Assembly: GCF_001194135.2 (NCBI RefSeq)
Contig: NC_068983.1
Coordinates: 140,989,090 to 141,053,089 of the forward strand
Origin: Octopus bimaculoides
Taxonomy: Eukaryota
DNA length: 64,000 nucleotides
Direction: 5' to 3'
Shown: positions 52,500-64,000 of the stretch, piece after piece
Position numbering within the stretch: position 1 is the first letter of the stretch
Layout of the letters: each line of letters opens with the position of its first letter
Notes under the pieces: model-generated
Databases searched by the model: none
Told to the model about the DNA's origin: nothing
Seen by the model: only the letters and a program-made list of their open reading frames with translations
Translations under genes and position numbers: made by a program

Positions 52500-54300
52500 C
52501 AAGCATGAGAAACAAAAACTAATCAATCATTTCCGAAAAATATTAACCTCTTTACAAACAAATATACTTGGAAAGGGAATAAATTTGGCGCCGTCTCCTC
52601 AAAAGTCAAATATATCTGAAATCAAAGATGACATTGCAAAATTCTGCAGAAAGCTTAGACAAGCAGAGCAGCTTTTGGATGATGAGGAGGGAGATGAGAT
52701 TATAATTAAATTCAAAAGTTAACTCCTCCTTAAGGCTGGAAGAAATACAAATCATGAGTGTCCTGGAAACATATTTCAAACATTCCTATAGATAAAAAAA
52801 ACGGGAAGCAATCCAAATAAACTCTGATATTATTAAACATCAATGGACCTGCCTAAGGTATTTACTATTATATATATAATATTAAATGTATTTGCTAGTT
52901 CACAGAAACAAAATTACTAAGGAAGATGTAATAAATGTGATTCAGTTGCTATTATGGATGAAGAGTATTTCAAGAATATTGCATTGAATATGCTCCGAGA
53001 CAATATTTACTAAGAAGAAACTAAATATTACAAACCTATGAAAATTTATGAAACTTCTCACCTTTCTACTACACATGTACCAAAGTTCTTTAACCGACAA
53101 AGCACTGAAGTACCATACAATCTTCAAAATGGAAACAGGCAACATCTATGAACCTCCAAAAATTCATAAAAATAAACTAATTAATGACACCTATGAAAGA
53201 GCAAAAACTAATTTGTATAAACATCACACATTAACAAACTCAATACTGAGACCGATTGTGGCACGAACTTCTTTCCTTAAGTTATTTCTGAGCTACTCTG
53301 CTAGTCAATCCTCAAGTTTATAAAAAGCTTTATAGGACTGTGATATCCTCAAGCATATGCCTAATAAAGTAAATGAAAATATATGTAGTAAATGAAAATA
53401 CATACAATGTCACACTTTTGTGAGCTTATATAGCAATATTCCACACAAATATAGAATCGAAGCTATACAATACTGTCTAACCTCATATTCTTATGGACTG
53501 AATATATATTGTAGATAACCTCCAATTCATTTTAGAAAACAATTACATCATATTCAGTAGCACATATAGTGACGAAACTTGACCATGCATACGCTAAATT
53601 AGTCAGGCGATACTGTGAACTGAAAATTCTTAAAAACTTCTGACAAAGAGTTTGGTATAATTCATCTATCATTTGAAAGAAAACTGCAGAAGGTTTCTAG
53701 ATGATTTTATGGAGCGAAAATATTGACAATTCCAAAATATAATCAACAACATACGCTCTCACGTTCATTTCACCATGGATTTCGTTAGCAATAAATTCCT
53801 CTTTTAAAGGCGGTGAGCTGGCAAAAACGTTACCACGTCGGGCGAAATACTTAGCGATATTCCGCCTGTCTTTACGTTCTAGGTTCAAATTCTGCCGAGG
53901 TCGACTTTGCCTTTCATCCTTTCGGGGTCGATAAATTTAAGTACCAGTTGCGTACTGGGGACGATCTAATTGACTGGCCCTCCTCCCCGCAAAATTTCGG
54001 GTCTTGTGCCAAGAGTAGAAAAGAATAAATTCCTCTTTTAAGATATACTAATAACAACACGAAATACAATGCTTGAAAGAGACATTTAAACCAACCGACC
54101 CACAATAATAACTACTTTTTACATCGAGGAAAGCATTCAACCCAAGAAACTCCGAAATTTTCATCAACACCTGTATAGACGTAACGCTAAAATTACAGGA
54201 ACAACAAATGAAAGACGTTGTAGAAAAAACATCCAATAATAAAATGTAAGAGGAAGTTGAAATCACTAAGGATATTGTCCTCGGCAAAGTTACACAAAAT
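52500..54300 (+). mobile_element. Penelope-like reverse transcriptase relic, interrupted by a SINE
   Basis: LGKGINLAPSP; PPKIHK; LRPIVA; SLYSNIPH; FILENNYIIF; RRFLDD; IPL*DILI after the SINE. Confidence 0.85.
53808..54023 (+). mobile_element. SINE family B (tail type 2), full length with 18-bp TSD
   Basis: AATAAATTCCTCTTTTAA at 53790-53807 and 54024-54041. Confidence 0.95.
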
Positions 54301-56620
54301 ACTGAACAAACGGTGAATATGTAGCTTCCACTTTAAACCTTCAGAATTAAAAACAATTTCTCTTGAAATTCAAACAACTTAAACTAAATTATAAGTTGTA
54401 AATGTTTCTTAGAACACAACTTTAACTCTTATTAAACTAAAATAAGCTGCATGAAATCACAAATCACAAGTTACGTACCTTTTCGTTAAAGTGACAGAAG
54501 TTTGGGGGGCAATACAAAATTGATTTGATCTCACATGAACCTACCATACATGGGATACATGTATTGTAATAACCTTCTTCAAATTTTGTTTAACACCGTA
54601 GCAGCAGAAACTGGATACCAAAATGTAATTTTTCTTCTGCTGCAAAACGTATTTAATGTATAATTTACCTTAAAGCTTATACACACGCATACTTTTCATA
54701 CAAGCACATCTTTGTTTTTTTTTTTTTTTTTGTTACATACGAAATTTTCTCAGTAATATGGGTGGTCCTGTCTTTAACTGTGTGTGCAAACTCACCTTGT
54801 ATAAAATACACTAATATTTTAGCAGTGGAACTCCTGTATAAGAACATTTCTTAAGTGAAAACGTTTTTACTTTAATTTTTACTTTCGTACATATATACTT
54901 GATTAATCGCACCAACTTTTGGAGTAATTCCATATTTAGGAGTATTTCCATAAATTCCAAAATTTAGGAGTAATTCCATAAATACGTCACCTTGCATACC
55001 TACATTGTTATACACATGGATGTAAACGTTTCAGTGGATTAATGTAGGACAGATACTATATACGTGTTAAATATGTAGGTAAATATAAGTACACTTCAAC
55101 GCAAATGTTGATTTACAATTGTACTACCAGTAACATGCTATCTCTATATGTGTGGTGTCCCCTATGTATATATGTAGGTGTGTGTTTTTTTTTTTACATT
55201 TACGTACTCCAACACAGAACAAGCATTTATGATATCAAATGACTTCCGATTAGGAACGCATATAACGCAAAGGTGATAAACAATATTATATTCCCTTTAA
55301 ACACATTCAGCCAAGCAAAAATCACTGCGATTTTAGCATTACACAAGCTGTTGTTGAATATTTGTGATTTTGGCACAGAAGCATTGTTACTGCATTATCA
55401 ACACACTCTATTAATATAAGTGTGAGCGTGTGTGCATGTATATATGTAAATATATATGCATATATTTCATCTATTCTGATAATACCTTTCTTATCCTGTA
55501 CTCAAAAGTCATGAATACGGAAACAAATACATTTCACTATCACTAATAAAAGTAGTTGCTCTGTGTAATACTTTTCGGCACATAGCAAACTAAATAAATC
55601 ATTTCTTCTACACTCTCTTTGAGAAGTAAACAGGGTTGGTGTTTATCTGTTATAGATGACGTATCGCGTGAAACTTTATCTTATATTTAATTATATATAT
55701 TAGGTTATAGAGAATGTATGGATCCCCTATAGGTTTTAATAGATTATATTTATCTAATATACAGTTATGCATGTCATATCATAGGGTTTTCTGTTAATTC
55801 TCAAAGAGGTATACGTGACGTACTTTTTCACTTTACCAAATCATAATGAAAACAACATTTGAAATTAACTTGCTGCAATGTTTTATTACCAGTATCTTCA
55901 AGTAAATCCATGGTTTGATTCTACGAATGATATAGTAAAGATTCTAAATGGCTCAAAAATATTAGTTTCATTGATTCAATACAGACGGTTCAGCACCATT
56001 TATTTAACTTTGCACTATCAAATTTCAATACTTCAAACTAGAATAATTGTTACAAAAATCTCTTTTTCTTATTCAATGTGTATAAATCCTGGACACTACA
56101 AACGCCACATCATTTATTTTTCAACAGCGTTGGTACTCATTCATGCCTTAGAGGTTGCATGCATTGGTAATTAGACTTAAATATATATTTTGTATATATA
56201 TGCATGTATATATGCGAATATGATTTTCAGTATAGCTATGTATGGCATCGATTGACATTAGACTAAGAAATTCAAGGTAGAATAGATTGCTTGTGTGATT
56301 CAATACCTGCCCAGTATAAGAATGTACTGAATACTTTGTATGAATATTTTCGTTTCTGTCCGAAGAACGGACACAATCGGGGTTTTATGTTCCGTCTGAA
56401 TTGTTTTAGTATAATTGTTTCTGTGAGTATGTGGGAAAGTGTGTGTACTTGTATTATTGAGCATGGACTTGAATGAACGTTTACAGATCTGACTTCAGAA
56501 ATATGTTATCCTGATATCTGTTACTTTAAATATTTCCTATGGAATTTTGTTTGAATAGATAAATAAATAGAACAATCAAAACCATACTCAAACAGAATCA
56601 TTAGACTTTAATGATAAACT

Positions 56621-58447
56621 TTAAAGTTGGTAAATTTCGATAGTTGGTTTCGGTATCATTCGCGTAACAACCAGTTGTTTCTCATTGCGGTTGATGTCTA
56701 ATGCGACGGGCATGGGGAGAGCTGATGAAGGGGTCAAATAACTTATGAAGTTACCGCTTAGATCAAAACGTAATATGTTTGAACGTCCCAGTTCTGTGGC
56801 ATAGATGTATTCAGTATCGCAGCAGACACCACCCGGTCCTTCAATCGGTTGTCCTTCAACACTTTTAACGTGGAATTTTTTATTTCCAGATCGACCGATA
56901 CCGTACAATAATCCAGCTCGATAGCACGAAAGTACAATTGTCTCATCTGGGGCTATTGTCATGTAACAAGGATCAGATTTCGAAACATAAGCGATATCAA
57001 GATAGAATTGCTGTAGTGCTTTGGCTCTATTATCAAAAATGAACACGACTTCGATAACAGGTTTTTCTAGACATTTGCAAATTAACCTTCCGTCATAGCT
57101 TTTAGCGATGGCACTGTACTTTGACCTACATTGGATCCTTTGATATTTTTTAAAGAAATTCAGCATGCACATGACGTTTGTGACAAAGTTTCGTGAGAAT
57201 TTAATTATACACAGTTGAAGTTCATTGGGTAGAGATACCATTGCGAAATTGTGAGAGTGAATGCACAATCCATGCGGCTGACTTTTCAGATCAAATCTGT
57301 TAATCTGATTACCTTTCGGACAGAACTGTAAGATTCCGTGTTTGTTGTCACTCATCAAGAATCCTCCCCCAGGAATGATACAAACCAAATTTAAGATTGA
57401 TGTAAAGGTACTTTCGTCATCGGATGTAAATTCTTCAACTTTTTGCATATTTACCATATTGGGTTTCTTTTCTAGCCCTTTTTCTTTAGAATTTTTAATG
57501 TCTTCTGTATGTTCTATTTCTTCATTAGATATATCGCCTTCGTAACTAACATGGCCGAATGGGCATTTTTCTAAATCTTGCAAGGCTTTTGAAAATTCTG
57601 ATGTAATATTTAATGATAACACTCTTCGTGTTAGACGGTAGTCAGAAGAATTAAATCTGTTGATACATTTTCTAACCGGGAAATAAGACACAACAAACTT
57701 TGAAGCAGATTTTTCTTTCATCACCTCAGAAACTTTCTCAATACAATTTCTTAAGGATTCTATTTTTTCTTTGTAATTTTCCTCGTAGATACGAAGTTTT
57801 TCTAATTCAACATTCATCATTCTTGTTGCGTCTTTATTCAGTAAATCTCCTTTAGATGTTATCATTCGAACGATATCTTTGACACGTGCGTCGACTTTGT
57901 TCAAAATTTTCTCTTTATCACTAAGAATATTTTCTTTTTCCAGGTGTAATTCTTTAAGCTTCTTGCTTTCCTCTGCTTTCAAATCCTTCAGAAATTTCAA
58001 ATGATTCTCAGCTTCGATTCGTTTTGATATGGCAGCTTGACTTATGGATAAAACTCCTTTACAGTTTTGGTGCTTCTCAGTGCGACATTCACTGCAAATA
58101 ACTACTTCACAAAACGTACAATACAGGTTTATTTCATTGTTATCATGACACGTGCAACTCATCATCGGTTCAAATGAAACTATTTCTTGTATTTGACCAA
58201 TTCGAAAATCATTGTGAAAAGTTTTCGCCCACTCTTCAACCGCTTTGCTTCGATCTAGTGGATAGGTAACAGCTTTGCAGATTGGGCAATAAAAATAGCC
58301 GGTTTGTAAGCATGTCTGTTTATTATTATTTATATGATCCTGTAGGCATTCAACGCAAAAACAATGGTGACAGGGAAGCCCTTTCGGTTTGTCAAACTGA
58401 TTGAAGCATATAGAACATTCGAGATCCGTTAAGCTTAGGGATGCCAT
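56621..58447 (-). CDS. TRIM protein (RING, B-box2, coiled coil, NHL-like beta-propeller), 608 aa, single coding exon
   Basis: C3HC4 RING CSIC-x11-CHHCFCVEC...CPIC; B-box CTCH-x8-CTFC-x4-CSEC-x4-H-x2-C; heptad-rich coiled coil; C-terminal NHL-like blades (PHGLCIH, PCYMTIAPD, GPGGVCCD, PVALDIN); acceptor TTACTTTTTTCAG| 24 nt upstream of the ATG. The orthologue cannot be assigned by eye. Confidence 0.93.
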   Translation of the reverse strand: MASLSLTDLECSICFNQFDKPKGLPCHHCFCVECLQDHINNNKQTCLQTGYFYCPICKAVTYPLDRSKAVEEWAKTFHNDFRIGQIQEIVSFEPMMSCTCHDNNEINLYCTFCEVVICSECRTEKHQNCKGVLSISQAAISKRIEAENHLKFLKDLKAEESKKLKELHLEKENILSDKEKILNKVDARVKDIVRMITSKGDLLNKDATRMMNVELEKLRIYEENYKEKIESLRNCIEKVSEVMKEKSASKFVVSYFPVRKCINRFNSSDYRLTRRVLSLNITSEFSKALQDLEKCPFGHVSYEGDISNEEIEHTEDIKNSKEKGLEKKPNMVNMQKVEEFTSDDESTFTSILNLVCIIPGGGFLMSDNKHGILQFCPKGNQINRFDLKSQPHGLCIHSHNFAMVSLPNELQLCIIKFSRNFVTNVMCMLNFFKKYQRIQCRSKYSAIAKSYDGRLICKCLEKPVIEVVFIFDNRAKALQQFYLDIAYVSKSDPCYMTIAPDETIVLSCYRAGLLYGIGRSGNKKFHVKSVEGQPIEGPGGVCCDTEYIYATELGRSNILRFDLSGNFISYLTPSSALPMPVALDINRNEKQLVVTRMIPKPTIEIYQL

Positions 58448-58492
58448 TAAAGCGTAGATTTCACAAAAAAGCTGAAAAAAGTAATAAAATAT

Positions 58493-58494
<2 letters not shown>

Positions 58495-58585
<91 letters not shown>

Positions 58586-58641
58586 CGATGGTGATGATGA
58601 TGATAATGATGATGATAATGATGATGATAATGATGATGTTG

Positions 58642-58717
<76 letters not shown>
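58495..58717. repeat. (AAT)n-(GAT)n-(AAT)n compound microsatellite
   Basis: Direct reading; lies ~20 nt upstream of the TRIM acceptor tract. Confidence 0.97.
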
Positions 58718-58718
<1 letters not shown>

Positions 58719-58719
58719 T

Positions 58720-59540
58720 TCATTTATTTGCAACAAGCATGAAGGATGATGGGGACAATACAAAGATAGACATAAAGTGTAGGGGTTTACATATAATGAA
58801 ATAATAAAAAAGAAAGTATACACGGAGATGGCGGGGAGGATGATAGAGACGTGGCCCTCCCCATACAGGAAGGCCTCAAGGGATAATCGAGGAACCCCAC
58901 TGTCTGAGATTTCCCTGAAACTCCAGAAGCAAGTACCCTCTCCATTTCCTTCTCTCCAATTCACAGGTCTACACTTAGAGAAGTACCATCCACTCTTGCC
59001 ATCTTCGCAACTGTCACCCACCTTTCAATAAACTCACCCGAGGACAGCACTTCCCTCTCCATTCACAGTTTCCTTTTCAAGTGAAACATGAAATAGTCAA
59101 TGAGAGCTCTACCAAAGAAGAATTCATCTGTCCTCATGCTTTTCAGGCTTGTCCACCAAGCAACCTCTTTCGCAACAGCCACCAAGCAAAATAAAATTGC
59201 CTTGCCTGCCCGATTGAACAAGGGCGGCGGTTTCAACATCACTACAGACTCGGTCGACAGACGGATCCGTCCCACGCGTGACAGCAGCTGTTCGACATAA
59301 CCCCACAAGGCAGCAATATCCGGACACTGAATGAAAGTGTGCAGAACGGTTTCGTCACTCTGTGCACACGTCTAATAAGCCCGTCTGACTGCACATCCGT
59401 ACCAGTAGAGTTTATCTCGAACCAGTAGCACCCCTTGGTAGCACTGCCAGGCCAAGGCATCTGGAAATTATCCATGATAGTTCCCGACCGAAAAGTCTCC
59501 CGAGGTCGGCTATGTCTCAATCTCGTGTGAGTTGGTACCT
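58720..59540 (-). mobile_element. Tx1/L1-clade LINE 3' end
   Basis: RDKLYWYG; CAQSDETVLHTFIQCPDIAALWGYV zinc-knuckle region; AKEVAWW; 3' UTR with AATAAA (58724-58729) leading into the (TTA)n tract. Confidence 0.85.
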
Positions 59541-59619
59541 CACGCACTTCTCATGAGGAATTCCGGAAGGAGCTTAGGGAGACCACTACTGAGACGCTTC
59601 CGAAAAAAGAAAAGCCGTT

Positions 59620-60200
59620 GGAAAACAGATTATAGCAGCGACTCCATCTAAGAATATCTGAAGAAGGAATTGTATTCCGAATTATCATCGGACTATAGAT
59701 AACTAAATTACAACAGGTATACAGTCTATTTTTTTGTATTATAGTGCATTGTTGTACCATTCAAAACGTTTTATTTTTTACAAACAATGCACAATGCTTC
59801 AAGCGAACTACAATACTCTTCAAGATCATTGATATTGTTATACCCGGGGATGTACGAGTGCGTGGCAAAGAAATGGATTACGTCGAAAAGGACAATCATC
59901 TAAATATGAAATTACACGAATGTGGGCAATGAAGAAAGTAACAGGCATTCCAGTAGTTGCTGGTGCACGGAGAGCATTAACAACCAGATTTGAGAAATTT
60001 GTTGGAGAAATTGCGATTGAAACGAGGGTAGAACATGCTCAGAAAGTAGTTTAATTGGTGACAGTGAAGATTTTGACATTGTTACTTGGATGTTAAGTAA
60101 CGTGGAAAGAGACCCTGTGAGATACTTTACAACAGGTTATTGTCTGCTCATACGGAATTAGCCGGTGTAAGAGAAATCAAGAGCTCTGAGAAGTGGAAGG
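59620..60200 (+). mobile_element. R4/Dong LINE 3' end (restriction-like endonuclease)
   Basis: IIDIVIPGDVRVRGKE; YEITRMWAMKKVTGIPVVAGA; EHAQKVVLIG; ends near AATAATAATAA at ~60203. Confidence 0.8.
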
Positions 60201-60209
60201 GAAATAATA

Positions 60210-61065
60210 ATAAGATTTACTCATTAAAAACGAAAAAGGAAATGACATCTCAAGGCAGTTACAATAGCCTTTGCTTTTCGTTCACATTTTACCCCACGAC
60301 ATAGGAAAGAAGTGCAAAGGAAGAACAACATAGGATACAAAGGACAGCAAGTAGTTAAAGAAGAACTAAGACAAAGTATAAAAGCAGTGTCTGGCAAAAT
60401 AAAACAGATACCTGCAGAGAGGCTCTCCAAGAACAATGAAAGAAAATGTTGTTAACTGAGCAACGGAGAAGAACATCAGGAAAATTATATGTCAGATACT
60501 GAAGCAGAAAGAAAATTCTAGACAAAAATCTAGAGCAAAGAAGTTCAACATAATATAAAAGCAAACTGGTTGCGGGAATTTAAATGAGAAATGGAAATGG
60601 AGTGACACAAAATATAATAATCACAGATAAGAAATTAAAGGAGATAATTACGAAAACAAAGAATTGGTAAGGACTCAAACCAGATGGTTTTCAAGCTTCT
60701 GGCTCAGGAATCTCTCAAGTATACACAGTTATATGCGACTACTGTTTCATGAATGCATAGAAAATGGAGCACCGATATGGATGACAAACGGACGGACAAT
60801 GCTGAAACAGAAGGACGAAGAAAAGAGAGGGGAAACCAGCAATTTTAGACCCATTGCTTACTTACTATTACACCGGAAAGTATGAACTGGTCTCATAGCA
60901 GATGATGTATATAATTTTCTAGCAAAGGAGAAACTATTTCCAGGTTTTAAAAAAATGGGATGTAGGAAGAAACCAAGGGACACTGCCGTCTGCTATATAT
61001 AGTAGCGTATTCAATGAGTCACGAGAAAGGAGGAAGAATTTAGCTGTTGGATGGCTTGATACTGA
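60210..61065 (+). mobile_element. R4/Dong LINE internal fragment (RT N-terminal half)
   Basis: NW*GLKPDG; FWLRNLSSIH; WMTNGRTML; NFRPIA; GCRKKPR; KNLAVGWLD. Confidence 0.85.
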
Positions 61066-61204
61066 ATCTGGAAAATTACGTTGTGCAGAGGATTTTTAAA
61101 ATATTATCACTAGCATCCGGTGAGCATAAAAATTCACATATTTCCGCTCTTCCTTTTGATAAGTTAGAATGCATGAATGTAATTATTTTTAAAAAATTAA
61201 TTAC

Positions 61205-61580
61205 AAGTGTGGCTCTGTGATAAAAAGTTTGTTTCCCAACCGCATGGTTCCGAGTTCAGTCCCACTACGTGACACATTGGGCAACTGTCTTCTACTATAG
61301 GCCGACCAGCCTTGTGAGTGGTTTTGATTGACGGAAACTGAAAGAAGCCTGTCATATGTGTGTGTGCGCGTATGTTTGTGTCTGTGTATGCTCCCCACCA
61401 CCGATTGACAACTGGTGATGATGTGTTTACGTTCCCCTAACATAGCGGTTCGGCAAAAGAAAACGATAAATACCAGGTTTAAAATACTTTAAGAAGCGTA
61501 CTGGAGTTGACTAAAACTTTCCAAGGCGGTACCCCAGCATGGCTACAATCTAATAAATGAAACAAGTAAAAGGTAATAGG
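61205..61580 (+). mobile_element. SINE family A, full length and diverged
   Basis: Head, CORE-like segment, short microsatellite, 3' body. Confidence 0.85.
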
Positions 61581-62956
61581 TAACAGAAAGAGAGCATGAA
61601 AGAGACCATTATTAGTATGTCCATATCATTTGATAAGTGAATGTCATTAATGATAATGTTGTTCATGCTATAGTAATTTTAAAGGAGCCCCTTGTTCTAA
61701 CATGCGTTTAAAAGAATGTGAAATTTGTTAGAACATGAAGGCTCGAAAAGGAAACAACAATACATGCTCAAGAGTGTGTATGTATTTACAAATATATATT
61801 AGCGTTAGAAGGTAACACTGTGGAGAGCAACTAGCAAATAGCTAACTCCATCCAACACAATATTAAAGGAGCAATAGTCTACTCTAACAAGGGCTCTAAC
61901 TATAGGCTAGCCATGGAGATCTGGCTGGCAACCAAGAACAGTAAAATCCAGATCCTTCATTCCCATTATGCCAAACTTATGACCTCTAAATACCTGGTGT
62001 ACTAAAAGACGATGTAAAATGAAGACAACTATCTACACACAGACAGCACGCAGCATGGGAAAGGGTAGAAAAGCTCGTCAGTGTTCCACCAACATGCTCA
62101 AGCAGAACATACGGGCTCGGTTAATAACAGATGTTAAGGTATTATCCACGCATAGATGTGACACGACACTCGGTCAGATTACGGAGACTACACGCATAGC
62201 AATGGAGAGACCGAGCCTCAACATAAAACATGAATAAAACAATAACACCCACCACCACTAACACCACCACCACCACAACACGCAACACGACGACTAAATA
62301 CGGAAAGGAAAGAAAGAAAACCAGATACAAACAGTGTAATACACACACAATAGACAAATATGCACATACCTATGATAAATATAATAAATAGAGATAAATG
62401 GGTAAACAAAAAACAACTGTATAAAGAGCAGGGATACAAACAACATAATAAACGAACCTATATATACACACAAACACACCGTAACTTCACAAACGGCCGT
62501 ATCAACATCAATTACGCGACCAACAACAACTACAACAGCAACAACAACTGCTACGACGACGACGATGGCAGCAACACACAAATACAGAGAGATACAGGGA
62601 CGGTATCAAAAGTCTTGGTGAAGGGCAGCAGCATCGGCAACGGGGGAAGTGGACGATCATAGAGCTACCGAGAACAACGATGATAACGATGACAACAATA
62701 AAAAGGATATAAGCCAATATATACACATACGCAGCTGGAGGAGATGTCCTCCTGGGGCTAAAGCAACAGTAACATCCACACCTAGGGGTCAGCCACACTT
62801 ATGTGGCAATACACTTCACTTTATCGTGCAGTTACTGTTAATACTTCATTTAGAGAATTAACATTGCTTGTTTTCACCTTTTCGATATCAGTGAAGAATT
62901 TCACTGGAAAAATATACATAAGGCTGCCAAGAATTTATATCTCTCATCGAAGGTCG

Positions 62957-63015
62957 GTAGCTATCGGACGCTGACGAAGGGAAATAACCCTGAAACCCGG
63001 GTCCGTTCGTGCTAC
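62957..63015 (+). ncRNA. Type I hammerhead ribozyme with an intact core
   Basis: Stem I CGGACG 62965-70 / CGTTCG 63004-09, extended by GTAGC/GCTAC; CTGACGA 62971-77; stem II AGGG/CCCT; GAAA 62992-95; palindromic stem III ACCCGGGT; GUC cleavage triplet with C17 at 63003. Confidence 0.85.
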
Positions 63016-63390
63016 GATCACGATGAGAGGGATAACTTCCCTTGGCAAAACANNNNNNNNNNNNNNNNNNNNNNNNNNNNNNNNNNNNNNNNNNNNNNNN
63101 NNNNNNNNNNNNNNNNNNNNNNNNNNNNNNNNNNNNNNNNNNNNNNNNNNNNNNNNNNNNNNNNNNNNNNNNNNNNNNNNNNNNNNNNNNNNNNNNNNNN
63201 NNNNNNNNNNNNNNNNNNNNNNNNNNNNNNNNNNNNNNNNNNNNNNNNNNNNNNNNNNNNNNNNNNNNNNNNNNNNNNNNNNNNNNNNNNNNNNNNNNNN
63301 NNNNNNNNNNNNNNNNNNNNNNNNNNNNNNNNNNNNNNNNNNNNNNNNNNNNNNNNNNNNNNNNNNNNNNNNNNNNNNNNNNNNNNNNNN

Positions 63391-63660
63391 GTGGCTGTGT
63401 GGTAAGTAGCTTGCTTACCAACCACATGGTTCCGGGTTCAGTCCCACTGCGTGGCACCTTGGGCAAGTGTCTTCTACTATAGCCTCGGGCCGACCAAAGC
63501 CTTGTGAGTGGGTTTGGTAGACGGAAACTGAAAGAAGCCCGTCGTATATATGTTTATATATATGTATATGTATGTGTTTGTGTGTCTGTGTTTGTCCCCC
63601 CAACATCGCTTCACAACCAATGCTGGTGTGTTTACGTCGCCGTAACTTAGCGGTTCGGCA
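63391..63660 (+). mobile_element. SINE family A, young and 3'-truncated
   Basis: Near-identical head to 50387. Confidence 0.9.
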
Positions 63661-63724
63661 ATATATATAGATAGATATAGATATATATATAGATAGATAT
63701 AGATATATATATACATATATATGG

Positions 63725-64000
63725 TGGTTGTCTACTCCTTAAACAGAGTTTGACCACCTCCTGCACCTACACCTTAGCCCTTTCATGGCGTCTGATGTGG
63801 CTTTTTAAACCAGACAGTGTTTTGAAAAAACACCCACACAGATTGCACCTCTGATTTGCACTACCAATACCTGCAAGTAAGTTCTGCTCATTGTGGATCC
63901 TAACATGTCTTTTAAGACCCCCATTGGATTTGCAAACCCTCTGGCACACACCACATTCAAACGTGTGCACAGACATATAATCAGAATAGCTGGATGAGGT
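63725..64000 (-). mobile_element. Probable RTE-type LINE C-terminus with two C2H2 zinc fingers
   Basis: CGVCQRVCKSNGGLKRHVRIH and CNLCGCFFKTLSGLKSHIRRH; non-TGEKP linker; short 3' region ending in microsatellite; frame open to the window edge. Confidence 0.55.

Noticed and set aside
63767-63976. Member of the octopus tandem C2H2-ZNF gene expansion
   Set aside because: Lacks TGEKP linkers and ends like a retroelement; kept only as a tentative LINE call.

Overview
AT-rich, microsatellite-dense eukaryotic DNA from a gapped draft assembly (N-runs at about 1869-2606, 14254-14849, 22549-23235, 43753-43962, 48760-48904, 50572-50581, 63053-63390). The repeat content suggests an animal genome, most likely Octopus (inference, no database search run). 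Only one gene is solid: an uninterrupted 608-aa RING/B-box/coiled-coil/NHL-like TRIM ORF at 56621-58447 (-). The rest is mostly transposon debris: Penelope-like elements (PLE), R4/Dong, RTE, CR1/L2, Tx1/L1, Tc1/mariner and pogo relics, several tRNA-headed SINE families and four unrelated fold-back hairpins. The most notable signal is a set of hammerhead-ribozyme (HHR) motifs. One is an apparently intact type I HHR at 62957-63015. Two copies of a tRNA-head + (TAA)n + HHR element (10162-10422 +, 24539-24896 -) look like a Pol III ribozyme-SINE. A SINE family also forms tandem multimers with recurrent, base-exact junctions. All assignments were made by eye from motifs; TE boundaries are approximate.
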